A program made the position numbers and the translations under genes. Positions 39,991 to 49,881 of a stretch of 64,000 bases of DNA are shown in pieces. Location of the stretch: the NCBI GenBank assembly GCA_963737065.1, contig CAVTRC010000001.1, positions 288,001 through 352,000 of the forward strand, given 5' to 3'. Under the pieces are notes generated by a model. The model ran no database searches and had not been told where the DNA came from. It saw only the letters and a program-made list of their open reading frames with translations. This DNA comes from Candidatus Eremiobacteria bacterium (GTDB lineage: Bacteria; Vulcanimicrobiota; Vulcanimicrobiia; Vulcanimicrobiales; Vulcanimicrobiaceae). How positions within the stretch are numbered: position 1 is the first letter of the stretch; each line of letters begins with the position of its first letter.

Positions 39991-41046
39991 TTATTGGATC
40001 TTGTCGATCTGCGCCCGGCTCAGTTTCACGATCGACGCCGGAAGCGGCAAGAAGTGAACCGCGCCGAGATACTTTGAGTTCTGTCCGGACGTCAGCGTCC
40101 AATTGAGGAATTTTTTGAGCGCCGCGGACGTCGCGCTGTCGGGCTGCTTCGGATTGACGATCGCATACTCGTAATTGATGATCGGGTACGATTGCGCGCC
40201 GGCAGCGAACACAAGCGAGATGCGTTCGTCTTCGGGCGTCGACTTGGCCGTTGCCGCAACGGCCGCTGCGATCGTCGAACGCGTCGGAAGAACGAACGTT
40301 CCGTCTCGGTTTTGCAACGCCGCGTACCCGAGGCCGGCCTTTTGCGTTTCGTTCAGGAAGCTTACGCCGACGTACGCAACGGAGTACCTCGTGTTTTGAC
40401 ACGTCTGCACCATACCCGGGTTTCCCGTCGCACCGACGGCGTTGCCGACTGCGGGCCAGCTAATCGTCGTGCCGTAGCTCGGTCCGTTCGCCCATGACGG
40501 CGTCGATTTTGCCAAGTACTGCGTGAACGTAAACGTATCGCCCGAGCCGTCTGCACGATGGATCGGAACAATTTGTTGATGTGAAAGCTTTGACGCAAGC
40601 GCCTTGTTGATCTGTTTGATCTTCGAGTCGTCCCAGTATTTGATGTCGCCGGAGTAGATGCCGGCGAGAACGGGACCCGATAGATTCAAGTGTTGGTTCG
40701 CGTTGATTCCCGGAATATTGTAGTTGACTTGTTGCGCGGAAATCGCGAGCGGGATGTTGAGCATCGGGCTGTTCTTCATCTGCCCGTTCGGTAAATACGC
40801 GTCGGAAGCGCCGATTTGCGCAACGCCGGCGATCGTTTGCGAGATCCCCGTACCGCTCCCCGTTCCTTGCGTCGTGATTTGAACGTCGCGGTGTTCCTTT
40901 TGATAATCCGCGACCCACAGATTCATCAATGGATAGAGTAACGTCGAACCGGTCTCGAGCAGGTTCGTCGCAGCGAGAACGCGTCCGGCTGCGGACGCGA
41001 GCAGCAGCGCGGCGACTGCCAAGGCAAGGATCGTACGCATCTGCAC
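39991..41046 (-). CDS. pstS: Phosphate ABC substrate-binding protein PstS
   Basis: GSTL.YP, GSG.GI, GASD, HR.DGSG.T, YPI. Confidence 0.96.
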   Translation of the reverse strand: MQMRTILALAVAALLLASAAGRVLAATNLLETGSTLLYPLMNLWVADYQKEHRDVQITTQGTGSGTGISQTIAGVAQIGASDAYLPNGQMKNSPMLNIPLAISAQQVNYNIPGINANQHLNLSGPVLAGIYSGDIKYWDDSKIKQINKALASKLSHQQIVPIHRADGSGDTFTFTQYLAKSTPSWANGPSYGTTISWPAVGNAVGATGNPGMVQTCQNTRYSVAYVGVSFLNETQKAGLGYAALQNRDGTFVLPTRSTIAAAVAATAKSTPEDERISLVFAAGAQSYPIINYEYAIVNPKQPDSATSAALKKFLNWTLTSGQNSKYLGAVHFLPLPASIVKLSRAQIDKIQ

Positions 41047-41066
41047 ATATCGTGCTGCGTTTCGAA

Positions 41067-41110
41067 CTAAAGTGACTTTAAAAGCGGCTTATGGTGTCCT
41101 TAATAGTGCG
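41067..41110 (-). promoter_or_regulatory. Pho-box-like array of four 11-bp-periodic TTAA-type repeats
   Basis: CTAA/TTAA/TTAT/TTAA at 41067, 41078, 41089, 41100, upstream of pstS. Confidence 0.6.
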
Positions 41111-41191
41111 ACGTTGCGCGCAGCGATCGGGGTGCTTGCGCTGACACGCGTTCTAAGGATCGATCCCGCCGATGCCGAATCGGCGTCCTCT

Positions 41192-42916
41192 ATGCCGGAA
41201 ACCGCCCACAAGACGAGCCTGCCAGAACTGCGGCACACCGCGGCGCACGTGCTCGCGTATGCCGTTCAGGACCTCTTCCCCGAAGCGAGGCCGACCATCG
41301 GCCCGGCAATCGAGAACGGCTTCTACTACGATTTCGACCGCGAGACGCCGTTTACGCCGGACGACCTCGAACGCCTCGAAGCGCGAATGCGCGAGATCGT
41401 GGCCGAAAACTATGAAATGACGAGCGAGGAAGTCACCCGGGACGAAGCAATCGCGCGTTTCAAGAACAATTCTTATAAGGAAGAGATTGCGCGGGCGATT
41501 CCGGAGGGCGAGCCGATCACGCTCTACACGATCGGCGAGTTTACGGATCTCTGCCGCGGCGGCCACGCGCAGTGGACCGGCGAAATCGGCGCGCTGCGGC
41601 TGCTCAACGTCGCGGGCGCCTACTGGCGCGGCCACGAGCAGAACCCGATGCTCCAACGCATCTACGGCACCGCGTGGCACGATCAGACCGAACTCGATCG
41701 GTACGTCACGCAGATCGAAGAAGCGCAAAAGCGCGATCACCGCAAGCTCGGCGTCGAGCTCGATCTTTTTTCCATTGAAGAGGACGCCGGCGCCGGGCTC
41801 GTCTTTTGGCATCCGAAAGGCGCGATCGTGCGCGGCATTATCGAGCAATTCATACGCGAAGGATTGCGCGACCGCGGATACGAGCCCGTCGTCACGCCGC
41901 ACGTCGTGAGCGAGAAACTCTACGAGATCTCCGGACATCTCGAGAACTACGCACACGGCATGTTCGGCGCTCTTGAAGTCGAGCAGCAACGCTTCCGCCT
42001 CAAACCGATGAACTGCCCCGGCCACATTCTGATCTATCGCAGCCGTCAGCATAGTTATCGCGAACTGCCGGTTCGTTATTCCGAGTTCGGTACCGTCTAC
42101 CGCTACGAACGCTCGGGCGTCATGCACGGTCTAACGCGCGTGCGCGGATTCACGCAAGACGACGCGCACTTATTCTGCATGCCCGAACAATTGCAAGGCG
42201 AATTCGAACAGACACTCGATGAAGCGTTGCGGCTCATGAAAGCATTCGGCTTTCACGACTTCGAGTACGTCATATCGACGCGCGAACCGCAGATGCGCGG
42301 CGAAACCGATGCGGTCGGCGAAGAGGCGATCCGCAAGGCGCTGGACCGTTATGAATTGCAGTATTCGGTCGATGAGGGCGGCGGGGCGTTCTACGGACCG
42401 AAGCTCGATATCAACGTCCGCGATGCAATCGGACGCAAATGGCAACTCGGCACGGTGCAAGTCGACTTCGTTTTACCAAAACGTTTCGATCTGAAATATC
42501 GCGGCGCCGACGGCGTGGACCATACGCCCGTAATGATTCATCGCGCGCTCGCCGGATCGCTCGAACGCTTCTTCGGCATCCTCATCGAGCATTATGGCGG
42601 CGCGTTCCCCGCTTGGCTTGCTCCGATTCAAGCGGTCGTCGCACCGATCTCCGAAAACCAACTCGAATACGCGAAACAAATCGGGGCGCGATTGCACGGC
42701 TTGGGCTTTCGCGCGCACGTCGATGAAACGAACGAGAAGCTAGGTTATAAGATTCGTCATTGGAAGACGCAGAAAGTGCCGTACATCCTCGTCGTTGGTA
42801 AACAAGAAGCCGCGGACGGCACGGTGAACGTAAACGAACGTTCTTCGGAGAAACGCACCGTTTCGATTGCCGGCTTTACCGAAGAACTCCGCCGAAAGGT
42901 CGACGCCCGCGAATGA
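41192..42916 (+). CDS. thrS: Threonine--tRNA ligase (no N-terminal TGS domain)
   Basis: RHTAAH, DLCRGGH, LKPMNCPGH, RVRGFTQDDAH, MIHRA..GS.ERF. Confidence 0.97.
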   Translation: MPETAHKTSLPELRHTAAHVLAYAVQDLFPEARPTIGPAIENGFYYDFDRETPFTPDDLERLEARMREIVAENYEMTSEEVTRDEAIARFKNNSYKEEIARAIPEGEPITLYTIGEFTDLCRGGHAQWTGEIGALRLLNVAGAYWRGHEQNPMLQRIYGTAWHDQTELDRYVTQIEEAQKRDHRKLGVELDLFSIEEDAGAGLVFWHPKGAIVRGIIEQFIREGLRDRGYEPVVTPHVVSEKLYEISGHLENYAHGMFGALEVEQQRFRLKPMNCPGHILIYRSRQHSYRELPVRYSEFGTVYRYERSGVMHGLTRVRGFTQDDAHLFCMPEQLQGEFEQTLDEALRLMKAFGFHDFEYVISTREPQMRGETDAVGEEAIRKALDRYELQYSVDEGGGAFYGPKLDINVRDAIGRKWQLGTVQVDFVLPKRFDLKYRGADGVDHTPVMIHRALAGSLERFFGILIEHYGGAFPAWLAPIQAVVAPISENQLEYAKQIGARLHGLGFRAHVDETNEKLGYKIRHWKTQKVPYILVVGKQEAADGTVNVNERSSEKRTVSIAGFTEELRRKVDARE

Positions 42917-43878
42917 AACCCCGTCTCACCCTGAGCCTCTCGAAGGGTCTGCTCGCACTAACGCTCGCTGCGTGTCAAGGGAGCTTTGGTTCCGGCGGAA
43001 CCGAGGCACCGGGCGGCATGGGGCCGCCGATCAATCCACAGACGGCGCAGCAAGGACCCGCGAACATGACGCCGCCGCCGATGAGTCCCTCGCCGGGCGA
43101 GGGCGGCCCGACGCCGGGCCCGAGCGGTTTCGCGTCGTTTGCATTCAGCGATGCGCCGAACGGCATCAGCTGTCCCGAAGATCAAGGATTCTCGTGCAAG
43201 CTCCGGTTCAACGTGACCGATGAAACCGCAAAGACAAAGGCCGGAGCAAAAGCATCTGCGTCGCCGTCGCCGTTACCATCGGGATCGGCCGATCCGAATG
43301 ACGTCGCCGATCTCGGCGAACTGATGCAACCGCCCGACGCATCGACCTCGCCCGGCGCGTCATCATCGCCTTCAGCGTCACCGTCGCCCGCCGCGTCCAT
43401 TCCACACATCATGATCGCGTCGTCGGCGATGCCCAAAAATGCGCCGAAGATGATCGATCCGAATCCAAAAGCGCTCGCGACGGTCGCGTTGATGCAAGTT
43501 CGATTGAAGACCGACGCAGACGAAATTTTGCATGGCAAAGCAATTGCCGAGTTCACGTTGCCGAAGGAGCAAATCGGCGGACGCGGATTCGCGCTTCAGC
43601 TCTTCCGCGAAACGGAGAAAAAGAAAAAACGCACCGACGACTTCGTCGGCAACTATTCGCAGTCAAAGCTCGATAAAGAGACGCTGCGCTTTCAGTTAAC
43701 GCTACCGAAAGTTCAAGTGAATAAAAACGAGACGTGGCTGCTCGTACTTTACGGTGACGAACTGCCGAGCGCGAGCGCCTCACCGGGAGCAAGTGCATCG
43801 CCGAGTGCGAGCGCTTCGCCGGGTGCAAGTCCGCAAGCGGGGGTAAGCGCTTCACCGGCGGCGAGCATGAATCCGTGA
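42913..43878 (+). CDS. Hypothetical lipoprotein with ASP(G/S)AS low-complexity repeats
   Basis: Lipobox LAAC; ATG overlaps thrS stop. Confidence 0.8.
   Translation: MKPRLTLSLSKGLLALTLAACQGSFGSGGTEAPGGMGPPINPQTAQQGPANMTPPPMSPSPGEGGPTPGPSGFASFAFSDAPNGISCPEDQGFSCKLRFNVTDETAKTKAGAKASASPSPLPSGSADPNDVADLGELMQPPDASTSPGASSSPSASPSPAASIPHIMIASSAMPKNAPKMIDPNPKALATVALMQVRLKTDADEILHGKAIAEFTLPKEQIGGRGFALQLFRETEKKKKRTDDFVGNYSQSKLDKETLRFQLTLPKVQVNKNETWLLVLYGDELPSASASPGASASPSASASPGASPQAGVSASPAASMNP
42926..42947. repeat. Second REP-like element TCACCCTGAGCCTCTCGAAGGG within a signal peptide
   Basis: Core shared with 14548-14566; encodes LTLSLSKG. Confidence 0.65.
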
Positions 43879-45098
43879 CCTCGGCGGCGAGGAAAACGTT
43901 CGTCGCGAGCTTCCTCGGGTGGACGCTGGACGCATACGACTTTTTCCTCGTCATCGTCGTCGTGCCGCATCTCGCACACGATTTCGCCCGCTCAATTACC
44001 GACATCGCGATCGCGTCGACGCTCACGCTTGCACTGCGCCCCGTCGGCGCGTTTATTTTCGGCTGGTTCGCCGATCGTTACGGCCGGCGTACACCGCTGA
44101 TGGTCGACATCGCGTTGTACTCGTTGATCGAACTGCTGACTGCGTTCTCGCCGAACTTTACCGTCTTTCTGATTCTTCGCGCGATCTTCGGCATCGCGAT
44201 GGGCGGCGAGTGGGGACTCGGGGCTGCGCTCGCGATGGAGTCGCTACCCGCTAAACGACGCGGCTTGTACTCGGGAATTCTGCAAGAAGGCTACGCGGTT
44301 GGCAACCTGCTTGCGGGGCTGACATACGGATTGCTCTTCGAGTCGATCGGATGGCGCGGCATGTTCGTCATTGGTGCGGTTCCGGCGCTGCTGATTCTCT
44401 ACATCCGCACGCAAGTTCCCGAATCCCCCGCGTGGCAGGCAAAAGAAGCCGATCGACTTGCTCTGGGGACCGACGTTTTGCTCGACGCAGCGAAGCGCTT
44501 CTTCCCGCTGTTTCTCTACGGCGTGGTGTTCATGGCAATGTTCAACTTCATGTCGCACGCCACGCAAGATCCGTACGCAACCTTCTTGATTGCGCAGCAT
44601 CATTTCGACCCGCATCAGGTCGCAATTGTCAACACGATTGCGGCGCTCGGGGCCATCCTCGGCGGCATCGCGTTCGGCGCATTGTCGCAACGCATCGGCC
44701 GCCGGCTCGGAATTACGATCGCGGCCGTCCTCGTGGCGTTCGCGATTCCGCTTTGGGCATTTAGTTCCACAATAGCAATGCTCGCGCTCGGCGGATTCAT
44801 CATGCAATTCATGGTGCAGGGCGCATGGGGTATCATCCCGGCACACTTAAACGAAATCGCGCCGCCGCTCGCACGCGGAACGTTTCCCGGGTTCGTCTAT
44901 CAATTGGGAAACCTAATCGCATCGGGCACGCTTCCGATCATTACATCGCTCGCGGCAACGCAATTCGTCACCCCGTTCGGACCCGATTACGGCAAAGCGA
45001 TGGCGCTGTTCACGCTACTCGCAGTGATCGGCGTCGTCGTATTCACCGGCATCGGTTTCGCCGTTCGCTCCGAACACCGCGAAGAGTCATTCGTATAA
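43875..45098 (+). CDS. MFS transporter, sialate/carboxylate:H+ symporter (SHS) family
   Basis: GWTLDAYDF, DRYGRR, MGGEWG, NFMSHATQD. Confidence 0.92.
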   Translation: MTSAARKTFVASFLGWTLDAYDFFLVIVVVPHLAHDFARSITDIAIASTLTLALRPVGAFIFGWFADRYGRRTPLMVDIALYSLIELLTAFSPNFTVFLILRAIFGIAMGGEWGLGAALAMESLPAKRRGLYSGILQEGYAVGNLLAGLTYGLLFESIGWRGMFVIGAVPALLILYIRTQVPESPAWQAKEADRLALGTDVLLDAAKRFFPLFLYGVVFMAMFNFMSHATQDPYATFLIAQHHFDPHQVAIVNTIAALGAILGGIAFGALSQRIGRRLGITIAAVLVAFAIPLWAFSSTIAMLALGGFIMQFMVQGAWGIIPAHLNEIAPPLARGTFPGFVYQLGNLIASGTLPIITSLAATQFVTPFGPDYGKAMALFTLLAVIGVVVFTGIGFAVRSEHREESFV

Positions 45099-45392
45099 TC
45101 GCGAGCGTATGCGGGCGCCCCGTTATCATCGGACAAACCGCTCATGGTCGTCACCGGATGGTAAAAGCTTTCTTTCAATAACGGTGATCAATGGCGTCAA
45201 AGCGATCGATACGTCTTCCATCGGTCGCTCATACCGCGCGACAACGATTTGCGGTGGCCAAGAAGCGTTCGAAATCATCCGAAAGCCTATCTTTGCCCCT
45301 CGCCGAATCAAAGCTCCGCTAAGAGGATGGCGCCAGATCGTTGCTGGGCGCCTGCCGTTGCAACATCGGGCGTTCTGCGGTATGATGGACAA

Positions 45393-45845
45393 ATGGCCAC
45401 TGAGGCTTGGACAAATGTCCCCCACCAGCCCTCCGACCGGATCATAGTTCAATTACTGAACGGCTGCGACGTCTCCGATTCAGAGGTTGTCGATGCAGTG
45501 TCACGGTCGTTCAACGTTGATGCCGTACGCGCACTCTTTGCGACCGGCCTCAGCGTCGAAGAGGTAGCGAAAGTGCTCGGCCTCAGCGACCGCACGCTTC
45601 GGCGCTACTTGAAGAACGGAAACGCCCCTCTCAGTCTCGTCGAAAGCGACCGACTTGTTCGCATTGCTCGGATCCTCGGGTTCGCCTTCGCCGCCTTCGG
45701 CGACCACGTGAAGGCGCTGGGATGGCTCCGCACACCGGTATGGGCCGTCGGGAACCGCGTTCCCCTTGATCTGATCGCGATTGAGAGCGGCGTACAGATG
45801 GTCCGTCAATCGCTTAGCGCAATTGCGTACGGAGGCGTCGCCTGA
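45393..45845 (+). CDS. Xre/MbcA/ParS-type antitoxin
   Basis: HTH (VAKVLGLSDRTLRR), ESDRL.R.AR, A..WL..P....G...PL, ends YGGVA. Confidence 0.9.
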   Translation: MATEAWTNVPHQPSDRIIVQLLNGCDVSDSEVVDAVSRSFNVDAVRALFATGLSVEEVAKVLGLSDRTLRRYLKNGNAPLSLVESDRLVRIARILGFAFAAFGDHVKALGWLRTPVWAVGNRVPLDLIAIESGVQMVRQSLSAIAYGGVA

Positions 45846-46315
45846 TTCAAGTCGCGCGCCTGACTCGCGCCGTTCACGCGAAAACCGCGCGCGACGCGTT
45901 TTACGGCCAGGGCGCATACAACAACGGAGCGCGATGGAACAACGCTGGGACGCGAGTCGCTTACGCGGCACAATCAGCGTCGCTTGCGATTCTCGAAACG
46001 CTTGTCCACATCGAGGAACGGCGATACGCCCCGAGCGATTACGTTCTTGCGTACGCAACAATCCCGGACGAGATCATTCGTCAACTGCAACAACTGCCCG
46101 ATGGTTGGCGCGAAGCAGCAGGGAACGAGCGAACGAAGCGCGTCGGCGATAAGTTCGTACATGCGCGTGCAAGTGCAGTGCTTGCGGTGCCTTCCGTCAT
46201 CGTGCCGAATGAGTGGAACTATCTACTGAACCCGGCGCATGAGGACTTTACACGCATTACGATTGTCGAAGGGATGGAGCCGTTCACGTTCGACGAGCGA
46301 CTGTTCGCGGCATAA
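45842..46315 (+). CDS. RES-domain toxin (NAD+ phosphorylase / ADP-ribosyltransferase family), CTG start
   Basis: Intact 157-aa frame: GARWN..G.RVAYAA...SLAILETLVH...VPSVIVP.EWNYLLNP.H; GGAGG SD; missing from ORF track. Confidence 0.9.
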   Translation: MIQVARLTRAVHAKTARDAFYGQGAYNNGARWNNAGTRVAYAAQSASLAILETLVHIEERRYAPSDYVLAYATIPDEIIRQLQQLPDGWREAAGNERTKRVGDKFVHARASAVLAVPSVIVPNEWNYLLNPAHEDFTRITIVEGMEPFTFDERLFAA

Positions 46316-46649
46316 CGGCGTGGTGGCCGTTCCACGCATTTAGGAAGCGTGCCCTGAAGTGGCCCATTGAGCTAGGACACGCAAATTCGCTAACCAACCC
46401 GAGCGAAATCTGCGATAAGACGTGCCCTACTACTGGCATAGGGCCGGTCTACAATGTCGTGCGGCAGGGGGTGACGATCAGAAATGCATGCCGTGGACGC
46501 TTTTTTTGTGACGGTTTACCACGCAGCTGCCGCGATCAGCGCGGTGCTCGCCGTGAGCGGTAGCGTGTGGGCGCTTATGCACAGCATCCGTGCGAAAGGA
46601 CAGTGCCGCGGCGCCCGTCACAATCGCTCCACCCGCACGTTGCGCGGGC

Positions 46650-47518
46650 ATGGAAGAGCGGGAGTGGATTCGCCGCACCTATCGGCCGATCGCTTTTCAT
46701 GCACGCAAGACGAGTCGCGATCGCGGCTGGCGTGGTCTTGATGCGGTGTTGTGGGACGCGAGCGACGGTTACTCCGATGACTACTTCGTCGATCACAGCA
46801 TCAGCATGCACGTCGGCACGCCGGTAATCGTGGCGAGCCGTTGTGACGATCAACGCGTACATCGTTTGCAGGCCCCGGCGATATCAAAGTCGTGCCCGCG
46901 GGATATTCGCGCATCTGGGAGATCTCCGCGCCGACGAGCAAACTCACCGTCGGCATTACGGCACCGTTTATGCGCGAGACCGCGTCGTCACTCGGCCTCG
47001 ACGCCGACCGCATTGCCATTGCCCCGCAATTGCACGTGAAAGACGCACGCATCGAACGCATCTGTTGGGGACTTCTCGACGAACTGCAATCGGACGCACC
47101 ACTCGGCCGATTATATGCTGAAAGCCTGGGCTGCGCGCTCGCCGTGGGTCTATTGAAAAATTACGGACCAGCGCTACCGCCGCGCACTGCCGCGATTCCG
47201 AAGCGTCGCCTCACACGCGTGCTCGAGCATATTCGCGAGAACATTGCGCGCGATCTCTCGCTCGTCGAACTCGCCGATGTTGCCCGCGTGAGCCCGTCGC
47301 ACTTCAAAGTACTCTTCAAAACGGCGCTCGGCGTTCCCGTTCATCAGTACGTCATCAACGCGCGCCTCGAGCGCGCATTACATCTGCTCGTGCATAGCGA
47401 CACTCCGGTTGCGGACGTCGCATTGCAAGCCGGCTTTGCCAATCAAAGCCATCTCTCGCGCCATATGCGCCGTTTGCACGGCGTCTCTCCCGCGACGATT
47501 CGCCGCCAAGCGCGCTAA
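46650..47518 (+). CDS. AraC-family transcriptional regulator (1-nt deletion in C-run near 46875)
   Basis: Double HTH (LSLVELA...S.SHF...FK...G; GFANQSHLSR); N-terminal part joins if GCCCC gains a C, giving PGDIKVVP. Confidence 0.85.
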
Positions 47519-47530
47519 CTTTTCTCATCT

Positions 47531-47562
47531 CGTCCGATTGTGTTCGCAAACGTCCGATTGTG
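47531..47562 (+). promoter_or_regulatory. Perfect 12-bp direct repeat CGTCCGATTGTG x2 (20-bp period), putative AraC operator
   Basis: Between the AraC stop and the HAF-repeat gene. Confidence 0.65.
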
Positions 47563-47616
47563 AACGACGGGCGTTGCCTCGTGCTGCTACGTTTCCCAGC
47601 AGCGAGAGGAGACGTC

Positions 47617-48948
47617 ATGAACATACGAGTTTTTCTGTCCCTTGCCGGAGCGCTGTCAATTGCGGCATGCAGCGGCGGCACGACTTCGCAGAACGTCACG
47701 CCACCGTCGTCATCGTCCGCCGTATCGCAAATCGCGACAACGAACCCGCTCTATCAAGTATCGGAGCTGCCGACGTTCGGCGGCGTACTCGGCAACGGCG
47801 CAAGTATCAACCAGCGCGAGTGGGTCGCCGGCGCGGCTGATCCGGCAGGCGACGTCGTCTCGCACGCGGCGCTTTGGATTAACGGAAAAGGCCACGACCT
47901 CGGCACGCTGGGTGGTCCAAACAGCGCGGTTTCATGGCCGAATCTGAACGAGTTCGGTGTTATCTCCGGCATCTCGGAAACGGCGCAGATGAACAGATAT
48001 AAAGAGCCGTGGAGTTGCACGGGATTCTTTCTGCCCGTCACAACGCCGACGGGCCACGTCTGCGTCGGCTTCAGATGGCAGAACAATATCATGAAAGCGT
48101 TACCAACGCTCGGCGGGCAAGACGGCTATGCAGCCGGTAATAACAACGGCGGCGAAATCGTCGGATGGGCGGAGAACACGGCGCACGATCCGACATGCAC
48201 GAACGGCCAGGTGTTGCAATTCCAACCGGTGATGTGGGACGGATATAACCGCGTCCATCGCTTGCCAACGCTCGCCGGCGATCCGGATGGAGCAGCAACC
48301 GCGATCAACGATCTCGGGGAAGCGGTCGGCATTTCCGGCATCTGCGATCAAGCCGCGGGCCGTTTCACCGCGAAGCATCCGGTAATCTGGCACAACGGGT
48401 ACGTACGCGAACTATTCGATCCCGGCTCGAAATCATGGAACACGCCGCAAGCGATCAACGATCGCGGCGCAGTGACCGGTTTCATCAATATGCCGGGCGC
48501 GGGCGACGACGCGGGAGCGCTGCAACCGATCGCCTTCGTGTGGACGCCTCAACACGGGTTGACGAAGATCCCGCCGCTTTCCGGCGATGCATACAGCTTC
48601 GGCAACGGCATCAACGACGAAGGCGACGTCGTCGGGAACTCCTACGGTCCGAACTTCTCTACCGTACGCGCGTTCATATACCACAACGGAAAATCGGTCG
48701 ACGTGAACGCCCTCGTGCGCAGCGGTACACCGCACCTCGCATTCGCGAACGGCATCGATGATTTCGGAACGATCGTCGGCGAGACCGCTACATCATCTGG
48801 TTTGGGCGCGGCGTTCATCGCACGCTTGCCGATTGGCTGCAACCTCGACGCCGCGATCGCCGCCGCCGCAATGCATCCGTCAATGAGGCCGGTCGTTCTC
48901 TCCGTACAAGCGCGCGAGCAGCTATTACGCAAGTACACGATCCGTTAG
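47617..48948 (+). CDS. Extracellular HAF-repeat beta-propeller lipoprotein
   Basis: Lipobox IAAC; repeats DLGTLGG..S, LPTLGG..G.A...N..GEIVG, AIND.G. Confidence 0.88.
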   Translation: MNIRVFLSLAGALSIAACSGGTTSQNVTPPSSSSAVSQIATTNPLYQVSELPTFGGVLGNGASINQREWVAGAADPAGDVVSHAALWINGKGHDLGTLGGPNSAVSWPNLNEFGVISGISETAQMNRYKEPWSCTGFFLPVTTPTGHVCVGFRWQNNIMKALPTLGGQDGYAAGNNNGGEIVGWAENTAHDPTCTNGQVLQFQPVMWDGYNRVHRLPTLAGDPDGAATAINDLGEAVGISGICDQAAGRFTAKHPVIWHNGYVRELFDPGSKSWNTPQAINDRGAVTGFINMPGAGDDAGALQPIAFVWTPQHGLTKIPPLSGDAYSFGNGINDEGDVVGNSYGPNFSTVRAFIYHNGKSVDVNALVRSGTPHLAFANGIDDFGTIVGETATSSGLGAAFIARLPIGCNLDAAIAAAAMHPSMRPVVLSVQAREQLLRKYTIR

Positions 48949-49046
48949 TTCAGGTCGCCGCCCTTCGTATTATGCACTTTCGTGACGATCCACCGGACCA
49001 GAAAGAATCCCGAGATGACGATCGCAACCTGAGCGGCTACTGGCAT
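48945..49046 (-). CDS. Putative 33-aa single-TM peptide MPVAAQVAIVISGFFLVRWIVTKVHNTKGGDLN
   Basis: AAGGGAG SD, hydrophobic core with basic tail. Confidence 0.45.
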   Translation of the reverse strand: MPVAAQVAIVISGFFLVRWIVTKVHNTKGGDLN

Positions 49047-49066
49047 GTGACTTCTCCCTTTTGACC

Positions 49067-49760
49067 CTATGGACCGTACGACGTATGCGGATGACGTTCC
49101 TTAAAACGCGAGCTGCTCGGAGCGTCGAAATGTGCCGGCGCGGCGCCGACCGAGGCGCCGCTCCATCTGTTGAGCAGCTCGATGATTGTCTTCCAACTGC
49201 GGGCGTCAGCCTCTGCATACGCGCTAGGCGTTCCTCCGAAGCGAAGCACACCGTACGGGGTCTGCAGACGTTCCAAATTGGCGGTTGGCGTATACGGCGC
49301 ATCGATCAGGTGTCCGGCTCCTGGAAAATTTTCAAAGACATCGGTGCGCGCCAGATGTAGATATGGGAGCGCGCGCGAGAAGAGCGCACCCGAGAACCCC
49401 AGCGTGTCGTCGCCGCCCGCAATAATCGCAACTGGACCGTTGATCTTCACGAAATCGATCAGTGCATCTCGAACCGGACGGATGTCGCCGCTATGCAACA
49501 AGGCCTCAATTTCGGGATATGTTGCAAACGGTATCGGTTTCCCATCATATGTCCATGCTGGTTCATTCACTGGACCTTTGCCATAACGCAGGCCCGGCTC
49601 AACAAGCGGACTGGGGACGATGCCGATCGCGATCTTGTTCGCCCTTACGTCACGACGTCGCGCGAGGTAACCCACCGCGTCGGCGACACGCTCTACCGGA
49701 ATGTCAACCAAATCCTTCGGCAAACCCGGTGCACCAAAGTACGCCATTGCCCGACGGCGG
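49067..49760 (-). pseudogene. Acyl-CoA thioester hydrolase/BAAT C-terminal remnant
   Basis: AYFGAPGLP..L..IPVE, INGPV..IAG.DD, PGAGH, GGTP; N-terminus and GxSxG elbow missing. Confidence 0.7.
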
Positions 49761-49881
49761 CGCTGATTCCGCGCAACAGTGACGCCGACAGAAATGCGAG
49801 TTCGGCGCCGCGTGAAACGCCGACGATTGACGTTCAAGCGGGTAGCTCAACAATGCGCCGGAAGCGAATCCGGCCTCACGG

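Noticed and set aside
41100..41191. T-box or leader before thrS, and missing TGS domain as a novelty
   Set aside because: The leader is too short and has no T-box motif; TGS-less ThrRS is known in several lineages.
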